DNA from: Pirellulaceae bacterium
Lineage (GTDB): Bacteria > Planctomycetota > Planctomycetia > Pirellulales > Pirellulaceae
Length of the DNA: 64,000 bases
Reading direction: 5' to 3'
Assembly (NCBI GenBank): GCA_030744725.1
Contig: JASLPZ010000001.1
Location: forward strand, 18,882-82,881
Made by a program: the position numbers and the translations under genes
Shown here: piece after piece, positions 1-9,450 of the stretch
Layout of the letters: each line of letters begins with the position of its first letter
How positions within the stretch are numbered: the stretch's first letter is position 1
Notes under the pieces: model-generated
What the model saw: only the letters and a program-made list of their open reading frames with translations
The model's database searches: none
What the model was told of the DNA's origin: nothing

Positions 1-139
1 CCTCATAGCCGTCCCGCTCGGACGTCCGAATCTGCAGCACGTGGCACGGCCCCGCTTCAATAACGGTTACCGGAATCACCTCTCCAGTCTCGTCGTATAT
101 TTGCGTCATCCCGACCTTGCGGCCAAGTATGCCCTTCAT
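1..139 (-). CDS. rplC: 50S ribosomal protein L3, N-terminal fragment (continues beyond window start)
   Basis: The reverse complement of 1..139 starts with ATG (137-139). It reads [46 protein letters not shown], the conserved L3 N-terminus. It lies directly downstream of rpsJ, as in S10 operons. It is missing from the ORF track because it is open at the window edge. Confidence 0.9.
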   Translation of the reverse strand, partial: MKGILGRKVGMTQIYDETGEVIPVTVIEAGPCHVLQIRTSERDGYE

Positions 140-237
140 CGTATTACCTCGTCATTACTCGCCGGCGGGAGACTAAGAACCATGTCTTAACTTGCCCGCC
201 CGACTTCCATGCATATGCAATCTAGTTGGGGTGTGTC

Positions 238-567
238 TTATCGCTGGGTCGCCTTGATCTTGATATCAACGCCAGCTGGAAGGCTTAGCTTATTGAGCGA
301 TTCAATCGTCTTGGCTGTGGCTTGGACAATGTCCACCAGCCGCTTGTGCGTGCGTATTTCAAACTGCTGCCGCGCTTTCTTGTCCACGAATGGGCCGGAA
401 AGCACGGTGTATTTCTCAATCCGTGTAGGCAGAGGAATCGGACCATGCACTTCGGAGTGTGTTCGCTTGGCCGTGTCGACAATTTCTTGTGCACTCTGAT
501 CCAGAATAGCGTGGTCATACGCCTCCATGCGGATCCGAATCACTTCACGAGTCTTTGCCACGGACAC
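238..567 (-). CDS. rpsJ: 30S ribosomal protein S10
   Basis: 109-aa ORF with a GTG start. [10 protein letters not shown]...[39 protein letters not shown] matches the S10 core. It is followed by rplC. Confidence 0.95.
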   Translation of the reverse strand: MSVAKTREVIRIRMEAYDHAILDQSAQEIVDTAKRTHSEVHGPIPLPTRIEKYTVLSGPFVDKKARQQFEIRTHKRLVDIVQATAKTIESLNKLSLPAGVDIKIKATQR

Positions 568-651
568 TTCTCCCGGTCATCTATTCGGGGCCTGCGGACT
601 GTTGTACCGCACGCACACCTGCCGCTTCTATCGCTAAATTGGAAGCCCTCG

Positions 652-680
652 ATCTTACGGGTCGACCTAAACCTCGTCAA
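652..680 (-). promoter_or_regulatory. candidate sigma70-type promoter of the rpsJ (S10) operon
   Basis: On the minus strand: TTGACG (680..675), 17-nt spacer, TAAGAT (657..652), about 85 nt upstream of the rpsJ GTG. Sequence pattern only. Confidence 0.45.
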
Positions 681-783
681 CCGCTGATGGCACTGCCAGC
701 CGGCAAAAGTCCGAAGAATTCAGCGGGATTGCGAAAACGGGTGCGCCGCCAGCTTCGCGACGACCGGGCTGGACCACTACATG

Positions 784-913
784 GCTTGTATCAGGTTCTT
801 CTGTTCAAATGAGTCAAGCTTTCAGCGACGGGCACCGACCGCAGGCTGGTCGGGGAGCGGGTCGCCGCAACCGAGCGATAGCTCGCGCCGGCCCGAGGCA
901 CAGCCTCGCTAGA
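784..913 (-). repeat. family-C intergenic repeat, copy 1 (~130 bp)
   Basis: Manual ungapped alignment to the reverse complement of 22627..22757 gives 115 of 131 identical positions. The core AGCGACGGGCACCGACCGCAGGCTGGTCGGGGAGCGG contains the hairpin CCGACC-N7-GGTCGG. The distal end overlaps the fusA stop codon (909..911). Confidence 0.85.
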
Positions 914-2993
914 TCTCGTACTCCCTGACCACTTCCGGCGGCGCCGGGGCATATTCAAATGGCTCGATGGAGCAACCGGCACGGCCCTGACTGAGGCTGC
1001 GCATGGCACTGGAATAGCCAAATAGCTCTTTTAATGGGGCACGTGCTTCGATCGAATTCGTTTTGCCGCGGACTTCCGTCTGCACAATCACCGCGCGCCG
1101 CTGCTGTAAGTCGCCAACAAAATCACCCACATACTGCTCGGGCGTGACAATATCGAGCTTCATGATCGGCTCGAGCAGGACCTTCCCGCCTTCGGCCAGC
1201 CCTTGGTTAAAGGCCTCATTGGCCGCGATTCGGAAAGCACGCTCGTCGGACGATTCGTCCGCTTCGCCGCCCAAAACCGTAACTCGCAGTTTTGTTAGCG
1301 GGTATCCGGCAATTAGCCCACCCCCGTCGCTCCGCGCCTTCAGCTCATCCAACGCGATGACCAACATATCCGCAGGAATCACGTCAGGAGGGCAAGCACT
1401 CATGACCGCGACGGGAGGGCCGTCGGCCACCCCAGGCTCGACGCGCAGCCGCAACTTGGCAAACAGCTGCTGGCCACCGATCAACCGGTGGCACTCGCCC
1501 TCCACCTCGACGCACGAAGCGACGGTTTCTCGAAAACTGACCTGGGGCTTATGAAAGCGAATATTCAGATTGAAGTCGCGGAGCAACTTATTCTTGATCA
1601 CCTCAAGATGCAGTTCACCCATGCCACTGATCAGCGTTTGACCAGTCTCACCACTGACGACACGCAACGTCGGATCCTGACGTTTCAACAATTCGAGCGT
1701 GTCTTCCAACTTCTTGCGCTCCGTCGTCGATTCGGGCTCAATGGCCATTGAAATCACGGTCTCAGGAAATTCGATAGACTCCAGCCGTACCGGGTGCCGA
1801 GCATCGCAGAGCGTATCACCGGTAATCGTCTGACGAAGCCCGATCACGCCGACAATGTCGCCCGCCTCGGCCTCGTCCAGCTGGAACTCCTTTTTTGTGG
1901 CGTGAATATGCCACAGCTGGGCCACATTCTCCTTCTTGTCCTGCACCGAATTCAGGACCCTTGAATTGGACTTCAGCGTCCCAGAATAGATACGCAGCCA
2001 GAACATGTCACCCGTTTTGGCGGGCAGCACCTTGAACACGAGGGCACAAAACGGCTCGCTTGGATCTGCCTTCCTCACGACGTGCGGCACTTCTCCGTCC
2101 CTCTTTTTGGCAACTCCTTCGCCCTCGACGGGCGGAACGTCCAACGGGCTGGGCAAGTAGGCGGCAACGGCGTCGAGCACTGGTTGGACGCCAATCCCGT
2201 GCAGCGCAGAGCCGCACAGCACGGGCTGAATCTGCATTTGCAACGTCGAATGTCGCAAAACACTCACGATCAGAGACTCAGGAATCGGCTCTTCCTGCAG
2301 CCCCAACTCCATTAGCTCATCACTTTGCCCATAGAGTTTCTCCAGCAACTGTTCACGCCAGAGCGCCGCGTCGTCGGCCAATTCCGCGGGGATCTCCTCT
2401 ACAATCGGCTGCATGTCGTCGTCGGCAAATCGCAACATCTTCATGCCGACCAAATCAATGACCCCGCGAAAAGGGTCGTCAAAGTGCGCCGGTCCGGCAC
2501 CCACAGGAATCTGAATCGCCACCGGGGTGGCATCCAAACGCGTGCCGATCTCTTCAAATATCTCTTCAAATCGAGCCCCCTCGCGGTCCATCTTGTTGAT
2601 GAAGGCGATTCTCGGGACGCGGTATCGGTTGGCTTGACGCCACACCGTCTCGCTCTGCGCCTCCACGCCTTCTCGCGCGCTAAACACCACCACCGCCCCA
2701 TCGAGCACCCGCAAACACCGCTCGACTTCAGCCGTAAAGTCAACATGCCCTGGTGTGTCGAGCAAGTTGATGTGCACATCGCGCCAATCAAACGTGACAC
2801 AGGCCGAATATATTGTGATCCCACGCTCTTGTTCCTCGGGATCCACGTCCGTCTCGGTGGTTCCTTTATCGACCTCGCCGACGCGGTGTTTTGCGCCCGC
2901 ACAGAACAGCATCCGCTCGGTGACGGTCGTCTTGCCCGCATCAATGTGGGCAATCACACCGATATTTCGCAGTTGTTCGAGCTTGCGTGGCAT
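909..2993 (-). CDS. fusA: translation elongation factor G
   Basis: 694-aa ORF with GTPase motifs AHIDAGKTT, DTPGHVDF and NKMDR. Its length and position directly after rpsG fit the str operon. Confidence 0.93.
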   Translation of the reverse strand: MPRKLEQLRNIGVIAHIDAGKTTVTERMLFCAGAKHRVGEVDKGTTETDVDPEEQERGITIYSACVTFDWRDVHINLLDTPGHVDFTAEVERCLRVLDGAVVVFSAREGVEAQSETVWRQANRYRVPRIAFINKMDREGARFEEIFEEIGTRLDATPVAIQIPVGAGPAHFDDPFRGVIDLVGMKMLRFADDDMQPIVEEIPAELADDAALWREQLLEKLYGQSDELMELGLQEEPIPESLIVSVLRHSTLQMQIQPVLCGSALHGIGVQPVLDAVAAYLPSPLDVPPVEGEGVAKKRDGEVPHVVRKADPSEPFCALVFKVLPAKTGDMFWLRIYSGTLKSNSRVLNSVQDKKENVAQLWHIHATKKEFQLDEAEAGDIVGVIGLRQTITGDTLCDARHPVRLESIEFPETVISMAIEPESTTERKKLEDTLELLKRQDPTLRVVSGETGQTLISGMGELHLEVIKNKLLRDFNLNIRFHKPQVSFRETVASCVEVEGECHRLIGGQQLFAKLRLRVEPGVADGPPVAVMSACPPDVIPADMLVIALDELKARSDGGGLIAGYPLTKLRVTVLGGEADESSDERAFRIAANEAFNQGLAEGGKVLLEPIMKLDIVTPEQYVGDFVGDLQQRRAVIVQTEVRGKTNSIEARAPLKELFGYSSAMRSLSQGRAGCSIEPFEYAPAPPEVVREYEI

Positions 2994-3035
2994 GTCAGGT
3001 CATAGTCTTCGCGTAAAAGGCCAAGGCCTTTGCGC

Positions 3036-3071
3036 AAAAAGAAAGCCGCACCTCGACGAACGACATGCGGC
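3036..3071 (-). terminator. terminator/attenuator-like hairpin between rpsG and fusA
   Basis: On the minus strand: GCCGCA (3071..3066), 15-nt loop, TGCGGC (3050..3045), followed by TTTCTTTTT (3044..3036). A second palindrome, AAAGGCC-AA-GGCCTTT (3016..3031), follows. It lies inside the 96-nt rpsG-fusA spacer. Confidence 0.4.
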
Positions 3072-3089
3072 CAATCTGGTTGGAACCGA

Positions 3090-3560
3090 TTACCAAGCAA
3101 AATGTGCAAACGCTTTGTTGGCTTCGGCCATACGGTGTACGTTTTCGCGACGCGTCATCGCAGCGCCTTCACGGTTGAAGGCAGCCAGAACTTCGTCCGC
3201 CAGCTTATGAGCCGTCGGGCGCCCCTTCTTTTCGCGGACTGCGATCAGCAACCAGCGAATCGCCAGCGACTGCTGCCGGGCGCGATTTACTTGCATCGGG
3301 ACCTGATATGCAGCACCCCCGACGCGTTTCGAACGAACCTCAATCTGTGGCTTGATGTTCTCGATCGCCGCGTGAAAGACTTCGATCGGCTCCTGGTCTG
3401 TCACCTTTTTGGCGATAATGTCGAGGGCATCGTAGAACACCTTCAGGGCGATCGTCTTTTTGCCATCCCACATCAAGCAATTCACAAATTTCCCCGCCAA
3501 GATCGAGTTATGACGTGGATCTGGCTTCAGAGTTTTTCTGCTGGCTGTGATTGCGCCCAT
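3090..3560 (-). CDS. rpsG: 30S ribosomal protein S7
   Basis: The track ORF is 3090..3635. The start is placed at the internal ATG 3560 ([35 protein letters not shown]...), which gives the usual 156-aa S7 and aligns with the canonical RK-ILPDPK N-terminus. The upstream 25 codons are non-homologous and would abut rpsL. Confidence 0.92.
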   Translation of the reverse strand: MGAITASRKTLKPDPRHNSILAGKFVNCLMWDGKKTIALKVFYDALDIIAKKVTDQEPIEVFHAAIENIKPQIEVRSKRVGGAAYQVPMQVNRARQQSLAIRWLLIAVREKKGRPTAHKLADEVLAAFNREGAAMTRRENVHRMAEANKAFAHFAW

Positions 3561-3635
3561 GGGCTCGTCCGATACGTTGCGGTTTTTCTTGGTTGTGATC
3601 TGACCCGTTGCCGAGCTGAACTCGACAGCGAACAA

Positions 3636-4004
3636 TTATGACCGTTTTGCCCCGTAGCGGCTGCGAGACTGCTTACGGCCATCGACGCCCAACGTGTCGC
3701 GTGCACCGCGAACCACTTGATAGCGAACACCCGGCAGGTCGCGAACTCGTCCACCCCGCACCAACACAATCGAGTGTTCCTGCAGATTATGGCCTTCGCC
3801 CGGAATGTACACTGTCACTTCTTTACCATTGGATAGCCGCACACGAGTGATCTTCCGTAGCGCCGAGTTCGGTTTCTTCGGCGTCATGGTTCGCACCTGC
3901 AAGCAAACGCCTTGCTTTTGCGGACAACGGTCGAGCACGGGGGCTTTGGTGAATTTCCGCTTCTTCTTACGATTGCGGCGGACAAGTTGGTTGATGGTGG
4001 GCAT
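3636..4004 (-). CDS. rpsL: 30S ribosomal protein S12
   Basis: The start is placed at MPTINQLVR (ATG 4004); the track ORF extends to 4088. Motifs [11 protein letters not shown] and [14 protein letters not shown] are diagnostic of S12. Confidence 0.95.
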   Translation of the reverse strand: MPTINQLVRRNRKKKRKFTKAPVLDRCPQKQGVCLQVRTMTPKKPNSALRKITRVRLSNGKEVTVYIPGEGHNLQEHSIVLVRGGRVRDLPGVRYQVVRGARDTLGVDGRKQSRSRYGAKRS

Positions 4005-4050
4005 CAGTTTTGTCGGTCTATCTATAGACTTGGGGGTTGAGGAATCCACC

Positions 4051-4078
4051 AGATTACCTCTTTGAGGGTGGCTGTCAA
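4051..4078 (-). promoter_or_regulatory. candidate sigma70-type promoter of the rpsL-rpsG-fusA operon
   Basis: On the minus strand: TTGACA (4078..4073), 16-nt spacer, TAATCT (4056..4051), about 45 nt upstream of the rpsL ATG. Confidence 0.5.
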
Positions 4079-4110
4079 GGTGGAACAAAGGTGCAAGTCA
4101 GGGTGCGGAA

Positions 4111-4185
4111 GGGGTCGGGAGTCTTTTTCGGAAGAAAACGCACTAGCTCGGGTGCACAAATCGACCGAAAAAGACTCCCGACCCC
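4111..4185. repeat. family-B palindromic repeat, copy 1
   Basis: Perfect 21-bp inverted repeat GGGGTCGGGAGTCTTTTTCGG (4111..4131) / CCGAAAAAGACTCCCGACCCC (4165..4185) with a 33-nt loop. The same arm sequence recurs at 26557..26630 and, as a single arm, at 57624..57644. Confidence 0.9.
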
Positions 4186-4313
4186 GTTCGTACGTTCGCT
4201 TAAGAAAGCGAGGGCCTGCACCTTTCAGGCACAATCTGTTTTTTTGGTCTTGCCTGGGCTTACAGACGGTACCAAATTAAGACCTTCGCCTAAAACCTAA
4301 GAATGAGCTGATC

Positions 4314-5489
4314 ATGAGAATTGCGTACTTCGACTGCACGAGCGGAATCAGCGGCGACATGACACTCGGAGCATTGGTCGACGCCGGTGTTGACCTCACT
4401 TCCATTCAGGCCGGAATCGACTCGCTGGGGCTGCCGAGTTGCCGGCTGACCCAGGAAGAAGTCAAACGCAAGGGGTTTCGCGCCACGAAGGTTGAGGTCG
4501 TCCATGAGCCCGAACATGCGCACCGCCATCTGCACCACATTACGGACATGATCGAAGGAAGCTCGCTGACCGAAAGCCAGAAAGAACTCGCCAAACGTAT
4601 CTTCACGCGACTCGGCGAAGCCGAAGCCAAGGTCCACGGAACAACAATTCGGAAGGTGCATTTTCATGAGGTTGGCGCAGTCGATTCCATCGCGGATATC
4701 GTCGGCAGCGCGATCGGGCTGGATCTGTTGGGGGTCGATCGAATTGTCTGTTCCCCAATTCCGACGGGCACTGGGCACATCATGATCGCACACGGACGGG
4801 TCGGTGTCCCGGCACCGGCCACGGCCGAACTGTTGACCGGCATCCCCCTGGAAGACTCGGCGATTGAGGCGGAATTGACCACTCCAACGGGTGCCGCAAT
4901 CGTGGCCACCGTGGTTGATGAATTCGGGCCGCTGCCGGGTATGACGATCAATGCGATCGGCTATGGGGCCGGCACGCGCGAACTGGACGAACAAGCCAAC
5001 GTCGTACGATTGATCGTTGGCACGACCCCAGAGAGCCTGCACGCTGATCAAGTGTCGGTTCTGGAAACGAATATCGACGACGTGGCCGGCGAAGTGATCG
5101 GCCACTGCACCACACTTCTGGCCGAATCCGGCGCGTTGGATGTCTACACAACGGCAATTCAGATGAAAAAGAACCGCCCAGGCGTCAAGATCACCGTTCT
5201 ATGTCAGGCAGGCGATATTGCCAAATTAGAGAGGATTCTCTTTCGTGAAACCGCAACATTGGGGATCCGCCGCTGGTCGGCCAGCCGTCATAAACTCGAC
5301 CGCCGCCCGCATGATGTCGAGACCCAGTGGGGCCGCATCGAAGGCAAACTAGCGACGCTATCTGATGGCGGCACCAGCTTTTCGCCAGAATACGAGTCTT
5401 GCCGAAAGGTGGCCGCAGCGAGTAATGTCCCGCTTAAGCAGATTTACGACGAGGCACGAAACGCGTGGCGGAAGGCGGACGCGAGGTAG
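4314..5489 (+). CDS. larC: nickel-pincer cofactor biosynthesis protein LarC (DUF111 family nickel insertion protein)
   Basis: 391-aa ORF. N-terminus MRIAYFDCTSGISGDMTLGALVDAGV and HFHEVGAVDSIADIVG are typical of LarC/DUF111. Confidence 0.85.
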   Translation: MRIAYFDCTSGISGDMTLGALVDAGVDLTSIQAGIDSLGLPSCRLTQEEVKRKGFRATKVEVVHEPEHAHRHLHHITDMIEGSSLTESQKELAKRIFTRLGEAEAKVHGTTIRKVHFHEVGAVDSIADIVGSAIGLDLLGVDRIVCSPIPTGTGHIMIAHGRVGVPAPATAELLTGIPLEDSAIEAELTTPTGAAIVATVVDEFGPLPGMTINAIGYGAGTRELDEQANVVRLIVGTTPESLHADQVSVLETNIDDVAGEVIGHCTTLLAESGALDVYTTAIQMKKNRPGVKITVLCQAGDIAKLERILFRETATLGIRRWSASRHKLDRRPHDVETQWGRIEGKLATLSDGGTSFSPEYESCRKVAAASNVPLKQIYDEARNAWRKADAR

Positions 5490-5559
5490 CTGATACCCCT
5501 GTCGCCAAATTGCGGCGCGTGCCGTCCAGACTTGCCGTCGATCGGAAGGAGCCGATCCT

Positions 5560-6222
5560 GTGCCCGAATCCATCAGTACGCCAGCAATCGCAGATTCTCT
5601 CGCGCGAGCAATTGCCGAAGGTCCCATCGTGGCCAGCATGGTGTCCGGCGCCATGCTGGCGCTCGGGATCGCGATGATGCTCGTGATCTTGTTGCGCCGA
5701 TCGGGCAGGTACTATCACAAGCTGAAACGCCAGGCCAAAAGAGCGGCCAAACCGACTGCCCAGCAGACCCGACGCGAAGAGCAAATGGCGAACATGTTCG
5801 ATCGCGCCAGCCCACTCTTGGATGCTCCATCGACGGTCGTACGCTGGCAAGTGGAGATGCAAGAGCTAGCCCGCGAACTCAAGGCCGAAATCGACACGAA
5901 AATGAGGATCTTGCAAGTCCTCGTCCGACGATCCAATGAAGCGGCCGAGCGGCTAGAAGCGGCTGCGGCACGCGCCGAACGACTCGGCTGTGTGGACCGC
6001 CGGCAAGCAGTTGAGCTTGACTCGATCGAATCCCTGGCGGAAGACGCCGCGGCAAATCGAAGCGCAACCCCATCGCCTCCTGTGCCAGCCTATTCCGATC
6101 AGGTCTACGCGATGGCAGATTCCGGCACTAACGCGGCGGACATTGCCAATCACATTGGATTGCCCATCGGCGATGTCGAACTCGTACTGAGCCTACGATC
6201 ACAATCGGGCGAATCTGTGTGA
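5560..6222 (+). CDS. hypothetical membrane-anchored coiled-coil protein with C-terminal HTH-like segment
   Basis: 220-aa ORF with a GTG start. It has one hydrophobic helix (IVASMVSGAMLALGIAMMLVILL) and a charged helical middle. The C-terminal VYAMADSGTNAADIANHIGLPIGDVELVLSL is reminiscent of DUF2802-type proteins. No confident family assignment. Confidence 0.55.
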   Translation: MPESISTPAIADSLARAIAEGPIVASMVSGAMLALGIAMMLVILLRRSGRYYHKLKRQAKRAAKPTAQQTRREEQMANMFDRASPLLDAPSTVVRWQVEMQELARELKAEIDTKMRILQVLVRRSNEAAERLEAAAARAERLGCVDRRQAVELDSIESLAEDAAANRSATPSPPVPAYSDQVYAMADSGTNAADIANHIGLPIGDVELVLSLRSQSGESV

Positions 6223-6337
6223 GTAGCTTGCGGGGCGTTTGCATGAAACAACATGTTGTGGGCCGGTCTCCCGACCCGGCCCACCTTCGCCACCCCGGCA
6301 CGGTCGGGAGACCGTGCCACAACACGTGAGTAGCTTG
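6219..6337 (-). repeat. family-A double-hairpin element (6231..6325) with flanking 12-bp direct duplication
   Basis: GTTGTGGGCCGGTCTCCCGACCCGGCCCAC ... GGCACGGTCGGGAGACCGTGCCACAAC forms two hairpins. The element is flanked by perfect GTGAGTAGCTTG at 6219..6230 and 6326..6337. It is a reverse-oriented, shorter-spacer version of the elements at 52130..52250 and 53776..53873. Confidence 0.85.
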
Positions 6338-6341
6338 AGGA

Positions 6342-8423
6342 CTAAGACGTCAGTCGCGTGAGCAAGTCGGAGATGCCAGCTTCGCCGTGGACTGGAGCCT
6401 GGCAGGCAAAGTTCTCGCAGACGTAGACCGTTGTGCCGCCTCCTGCCTGGCGTTTTCCCAGGAACAGCGGTGCCAGATGGGGCGATTGGTACTGATCCTC
6501 CGCATCGGCAGGACGACCGGCGATCACACAATTGGGAAGGAAATGCCGTCTGAATCGTGCGGCTGTCTGCTGGATTCCAGAGGGGTCTTCACTGGACGCA
6601 TCGGGTCCAACGAAGACGATTGCGCGCGTTGGGCCGATCAGTAGGTTCGCGGCAACAAGCATCTGTCCGGTGGCGGTCGGTGAGTTCATCATCGTCTCGT
6701 GCGCCATTTCCAGCGTGCCACGTGCCGCATCCAAGTAGTCCGCACGACCGCACAACGTGCCAAGCCGCAATAACGCCGTCGCGGCCATCGAGTTTCCGCT
6801 GGGAACACTGCTGTCGTGAAGGTCCTTGTTCCGGGCAATCAACGCCTCGTGATCGTCAGCGGTAAAAAAGAAACCGCCTTGCTTCTGATCCGCAAAGTGA
6901 ACCAACATCACATTGGCAAGGGCAACGGCTTCGTCGATCCAAGCCTCGTCAAAACTGGCTTCATACAACGTCACCATCGCACAAGTCAGGTACGCGTAAT
7001 CGTCCAGATACGCAGCCAGTCTTGCCTTCCCATGTCGCCAACAATGCAACATGCGGCCGTTGTCGGCTCGTAAGTCGGACAGCAAGAATTTGGCGGCCCG
7101 GGCGGCCGCGTCGTAGTACTGCGGGGCACCGAGGACCCCGGCGGCTCTGGCCAGCGCGTCGATCATCAGGCCGTTCCAACTGACCAGGACCTTGTCGTCT
7201 TTACCTGGACGAATGCGTCTTCCCCGCACAGCACGCAACTTCGCACGCGAATCGGCCAGTTCGGCGCTCAATTCCCCGAGGTCCCAATTTCGCAGTCTTG
7301 CGGCCTGCTCGATGGTCCGAGGCAGATTCAGAATGTTCTGGCCCTCAAAATTGCCGACCTCTGTAACATCGTAAACGTCGCAAAACCGTTCCCCGCGTTG
7401 CTGGCCCAAGACTTCGCGAATTTCCGCAGGCGTCCAGACGTAGAACTTTCCTTCGACACCTTCACTGTCAGCATCCTCGGTGCTATGAAATCCGCCCTCA
7501 TCGTCGGTCATTTCGCGGAGAATATACTCGATCGTCTCGCGCGCCACTTCCGCGTATTCTTGGTTCCCTGTCGCCAGGAACCCCTCTAGATAGGCACTGG
7601 TCAACAGGGCGTTGTCGTAAAACATTTTCTCGAAATGTGGCACCAACCAGCGCTGATCAACGGAGTAGCGAGCAAAGCCGCCGGCCAGATGATCGTAAAT
7701 CCCGCCGTGCGCCATTTTGTCGAGGTTCAATGTGACCATGCCGAGCCATTGGTCCTTTCTTGAGCGGGACCACGCCCGCAACAGTAACTGCAGATCCATT
7801 GGGTGCGGGAATTTTGGCGCACGCCCAAATCCGCCATACGTGAAGTCAAACACGCGTTCCAACTTGGCGGCCGCCGCGCTGAATGAGTCTTCCGTAATGG
7901 TCGTGGAATCGGTCGTGGCGGCCGCAAACTCGCAGAGGTGATCCGTCAATTTCCCTGCCTGCTCGACTGCGGCGTCGCGCCGGTTTTTCCACGCATCCGC
8001 AACGGCAATCAAGACTTGCTCAAACCCAGGCATCCCCTGCCGCGGTTCAGGGGGCCAGTAGGTCCCCCCATAAAATGGCTGCAGGTTGGGCGTCAGGAAT
8101 ACAGACATCGGCCAACCGCCATGGCCGGTCATCAACTGCACCGCGTTCATGTAAATCTGGTCAAGATCGGGCCGCTCTTCTCGGTCGACTTTCACGCAGA
8201 CAAACAGCTCATTCATCTTCTCCGCAATGGCCTCGTTTTCGAAACTCTCGTGCTCCATCACATGGCACCAGTGACAGGCCGAGTAACCGATCGAAAGAAA
8301 AATCGGCTTATCATCAGCGCGTGAAAGTTCGTGCGCCTCGAGGCTCCAGGGATACCAGTCGACTGGATTGTCGGCGTGCTGCAACAAGTAAGGGCTGGAT
8401 TCGTTGGCCAGTCGATTTGCCAT
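6342..8423 (-). CDS. thioredoxin-domain protein, YyaL/DUF255 (SSP411-like) family
   Basis: The start is placed at [26 protein letters not shown] (ATG 8423); the longer track ORF would overlap panB. The motif [16 protein letters not shown] is followed by a long alpha-helical (six-hairpin glycosidase-like) domain, as is typical of this family. Confidence 0.85.
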   Translation of the reverse strand: MANRLANESSPYLLQHADNPVDWYPWSLEAHELSRADDKPIFLSIGYSACHWCHVMEHESFENEAIAEKMNELFVCVKVDREERPDLDQIYMNAVQLMTGHGGWPMSVFLTPNLQPFYGGTYWPPEPRQGMPGFEQVLIAVADAWKNRRDAAVEQAGKLTDHLCEFAAATTDSTTITEDSFSAAAAKLERVFDFTYGGFGRAPKFPHPMDLQLLLRAWSRSRKDQWLGMVTLNLDKMAHGGIYDHLAGGFARYSVDQRWLVPHFEKMFYDNALLTSAYLEGFLATGNQEYAEVARETIEYILREMTDDEGGFHSTEDADSEGVEGKFYVWTPAEIREVLGQQRGERFCDVYDVTEVGNFEGQNILNLPRTIEQAARLRNWDLGELSAELADSRAKLRAVRGRRIRPGKDDKVLVSWNGLMIDALARAAGVLGAPQYYDAAARAAKFLLSDLRADNGRMLHCWRHGKARLAAYLDDYAYLTCAMVTLYEASFDEAWIDEAVALANVMLVHFADQKQGGFFFTADDHEALIARNKDLHDSSVPSGNSMAATALLRLGTLCGRADYLDAARGTLEMAHETMMNSPTATGQMLVAANLLIGPTRAIVFVGPDASSEDPSGIQQTAARFRRHFLPNCVIAGRPADAEDQYQSPHLAPLFLGKRQAGGGTTVYVCENFACQAPVHGEAGISDLLTRLTS

Positions 8424-8508
8424 CGGTGGCTCCTGCTTTGCCGTCACCCGCCGACGCATCGGCGGGAAGCAATCGATGGCGACGATTCGGGGGACAGCGG
8501 CAAACGGA

Positions 8509-9375
8509 CTATTTGTAAGATTCGACGCCTTCAGGAAAGCGTCCTTTTCGAACGTCTTCGCAAAACTCGTCTGCCGCGGCTCGGATCGTCTCCGCGAGAT
8601 TCGTGTACTGGCGAGCAAAACGAGGGACGTAACCGCTGGTGAGTCCCAGCACATCGTGCGTTACCAAGACTTGTCCGTCACACTGCGGGCCGGCACCAAT
8701 GCCGATCGTTGGAACTGACAACGCATCCGTGATCTTTCCGGCAATTTCGGTCGGAATGCACTCCATCAGCACTGCGAACGCGCCAGACTGTTCGGCGGTC
8801 AGTGCGTCATTCAACAGCCGCGATTCGTCACGTTGTACCTTGTATCCACCCAACTGATGAACAGCCTGCGGGCTCAACCCAACGTGTGCCATGACCGGGA
8901 TGCCGGCGCCCGCTAGCCCGCTGATGATCTCAGCCTGCTCGGCACCACACTCCAATTTGACCGCCTGACAACGGGTCTCCTTCAAAATGCGAGCCGCGTT
9001 CTCGATGGCTCTGTGCACGCCAAGCCGGTACGTCGGAAAGGGCATGTCGACGATCACCAGGGCCTGTTGGACGGCACGTCCGACGATCTCGGCGTGATAA
9101 ATAATTTGGTCCATCGTAACGGGAAGGGTGTTTTCATGCCCTTGCACCACCACGGAAACACTGTCACCGACCAGGATTCCATCGACTCCAGCCTCGTCCA
9201 GCAGTTGGGCGAGAGGGTAATCGTAGGCCGTCAGCATCGTGATTTTCCGGCCCTCAGACTTCATTTTCTGAAAATCCGGCGCTGTCTTCCGCCTTGGCTT
9301 GGACTTCGGCGGAGGCTCTGGTGTTGGCTGTTCTGTCATGTCTCGCATTGTGACCGTCGAATTCGATAGTGACAA
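8509..9375 (-). CDS. panB: 3-methyl-2-oxobutanoate hydroxymethyltransferase
   Basis: [51 protein letters not shown] and the downstream core match PanB. There is a ~30-aa N-terminal extension, so the exact start is uncertain. Confidence 0.9.
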   Translation of the reverse strand: MSLSNSTVTMRDMTEQPTPEPPPKSKPRRKTAPDFQKMKSEGRKITMLTAYDYPLAQLLDEAGVDGILVGDSVSVVVQGHENTLPVTMDQIIYHAEIVGRAVQQALVIVDMPFPTYRLGVHRAIENAARILKETRCQAVKLECGAEQAEIISGLAGAGIPVMAHVGLSPQAVHQLGGYKVQRDESRLLNDALTAEQSGAFAVLMECIPTEIAGKITDALSVPTIGIGAGPQCDGQVLVTHDVLGLTSGYVPRFARQYTNLAETIRAAADEFCEDVRKGRFPEGVESYK

Positions 9376-9450
9376 CTGGCAGGGCAGTTTTGGCCCCTCC
9401 CACCACAGACTCTTTCTCGTAGTCCAAAGTGAAAAAGTCTGACCAAGGCG

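Noticed and set aside
568-908. Absence of tuf between fusA and rpsJ, considered as evidence of a deletion
   Set aside because: Many lineages encode tuf elsewhere, and the spacer contains a plausible promoter and a dispersed repeat rather than gene remnants. It cannot be judged from this window alone.
4290-5105. 271-aa minus-strand ORF, plus similar long antisense ORFs at 15336..16169, 19769..20575, 21710..22531, 39935..40915, 43585..44262 and 54119..54865
   Set aside because: Each overlaps a gene with strong motif support on the other strand (larC, dnaE2, purA, cdsA, cytochrome, CRTAC1-like, peptidase). None has a recognisable motif or a plausible start context.
8424-8654. N-terminal extension of the thioredoxin-domain ORF (the track start at 8654); the same type of extension occurs for rpsG, rpsL, lpdA, rlmKL, the 11170 gene, the 38725 gene and others
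   Set aside because: The extensions overlap neighbouring genes or repeats and lack homology. Internal ATG/GTG starts with SD-like sequences reproduce canonical N-termini.
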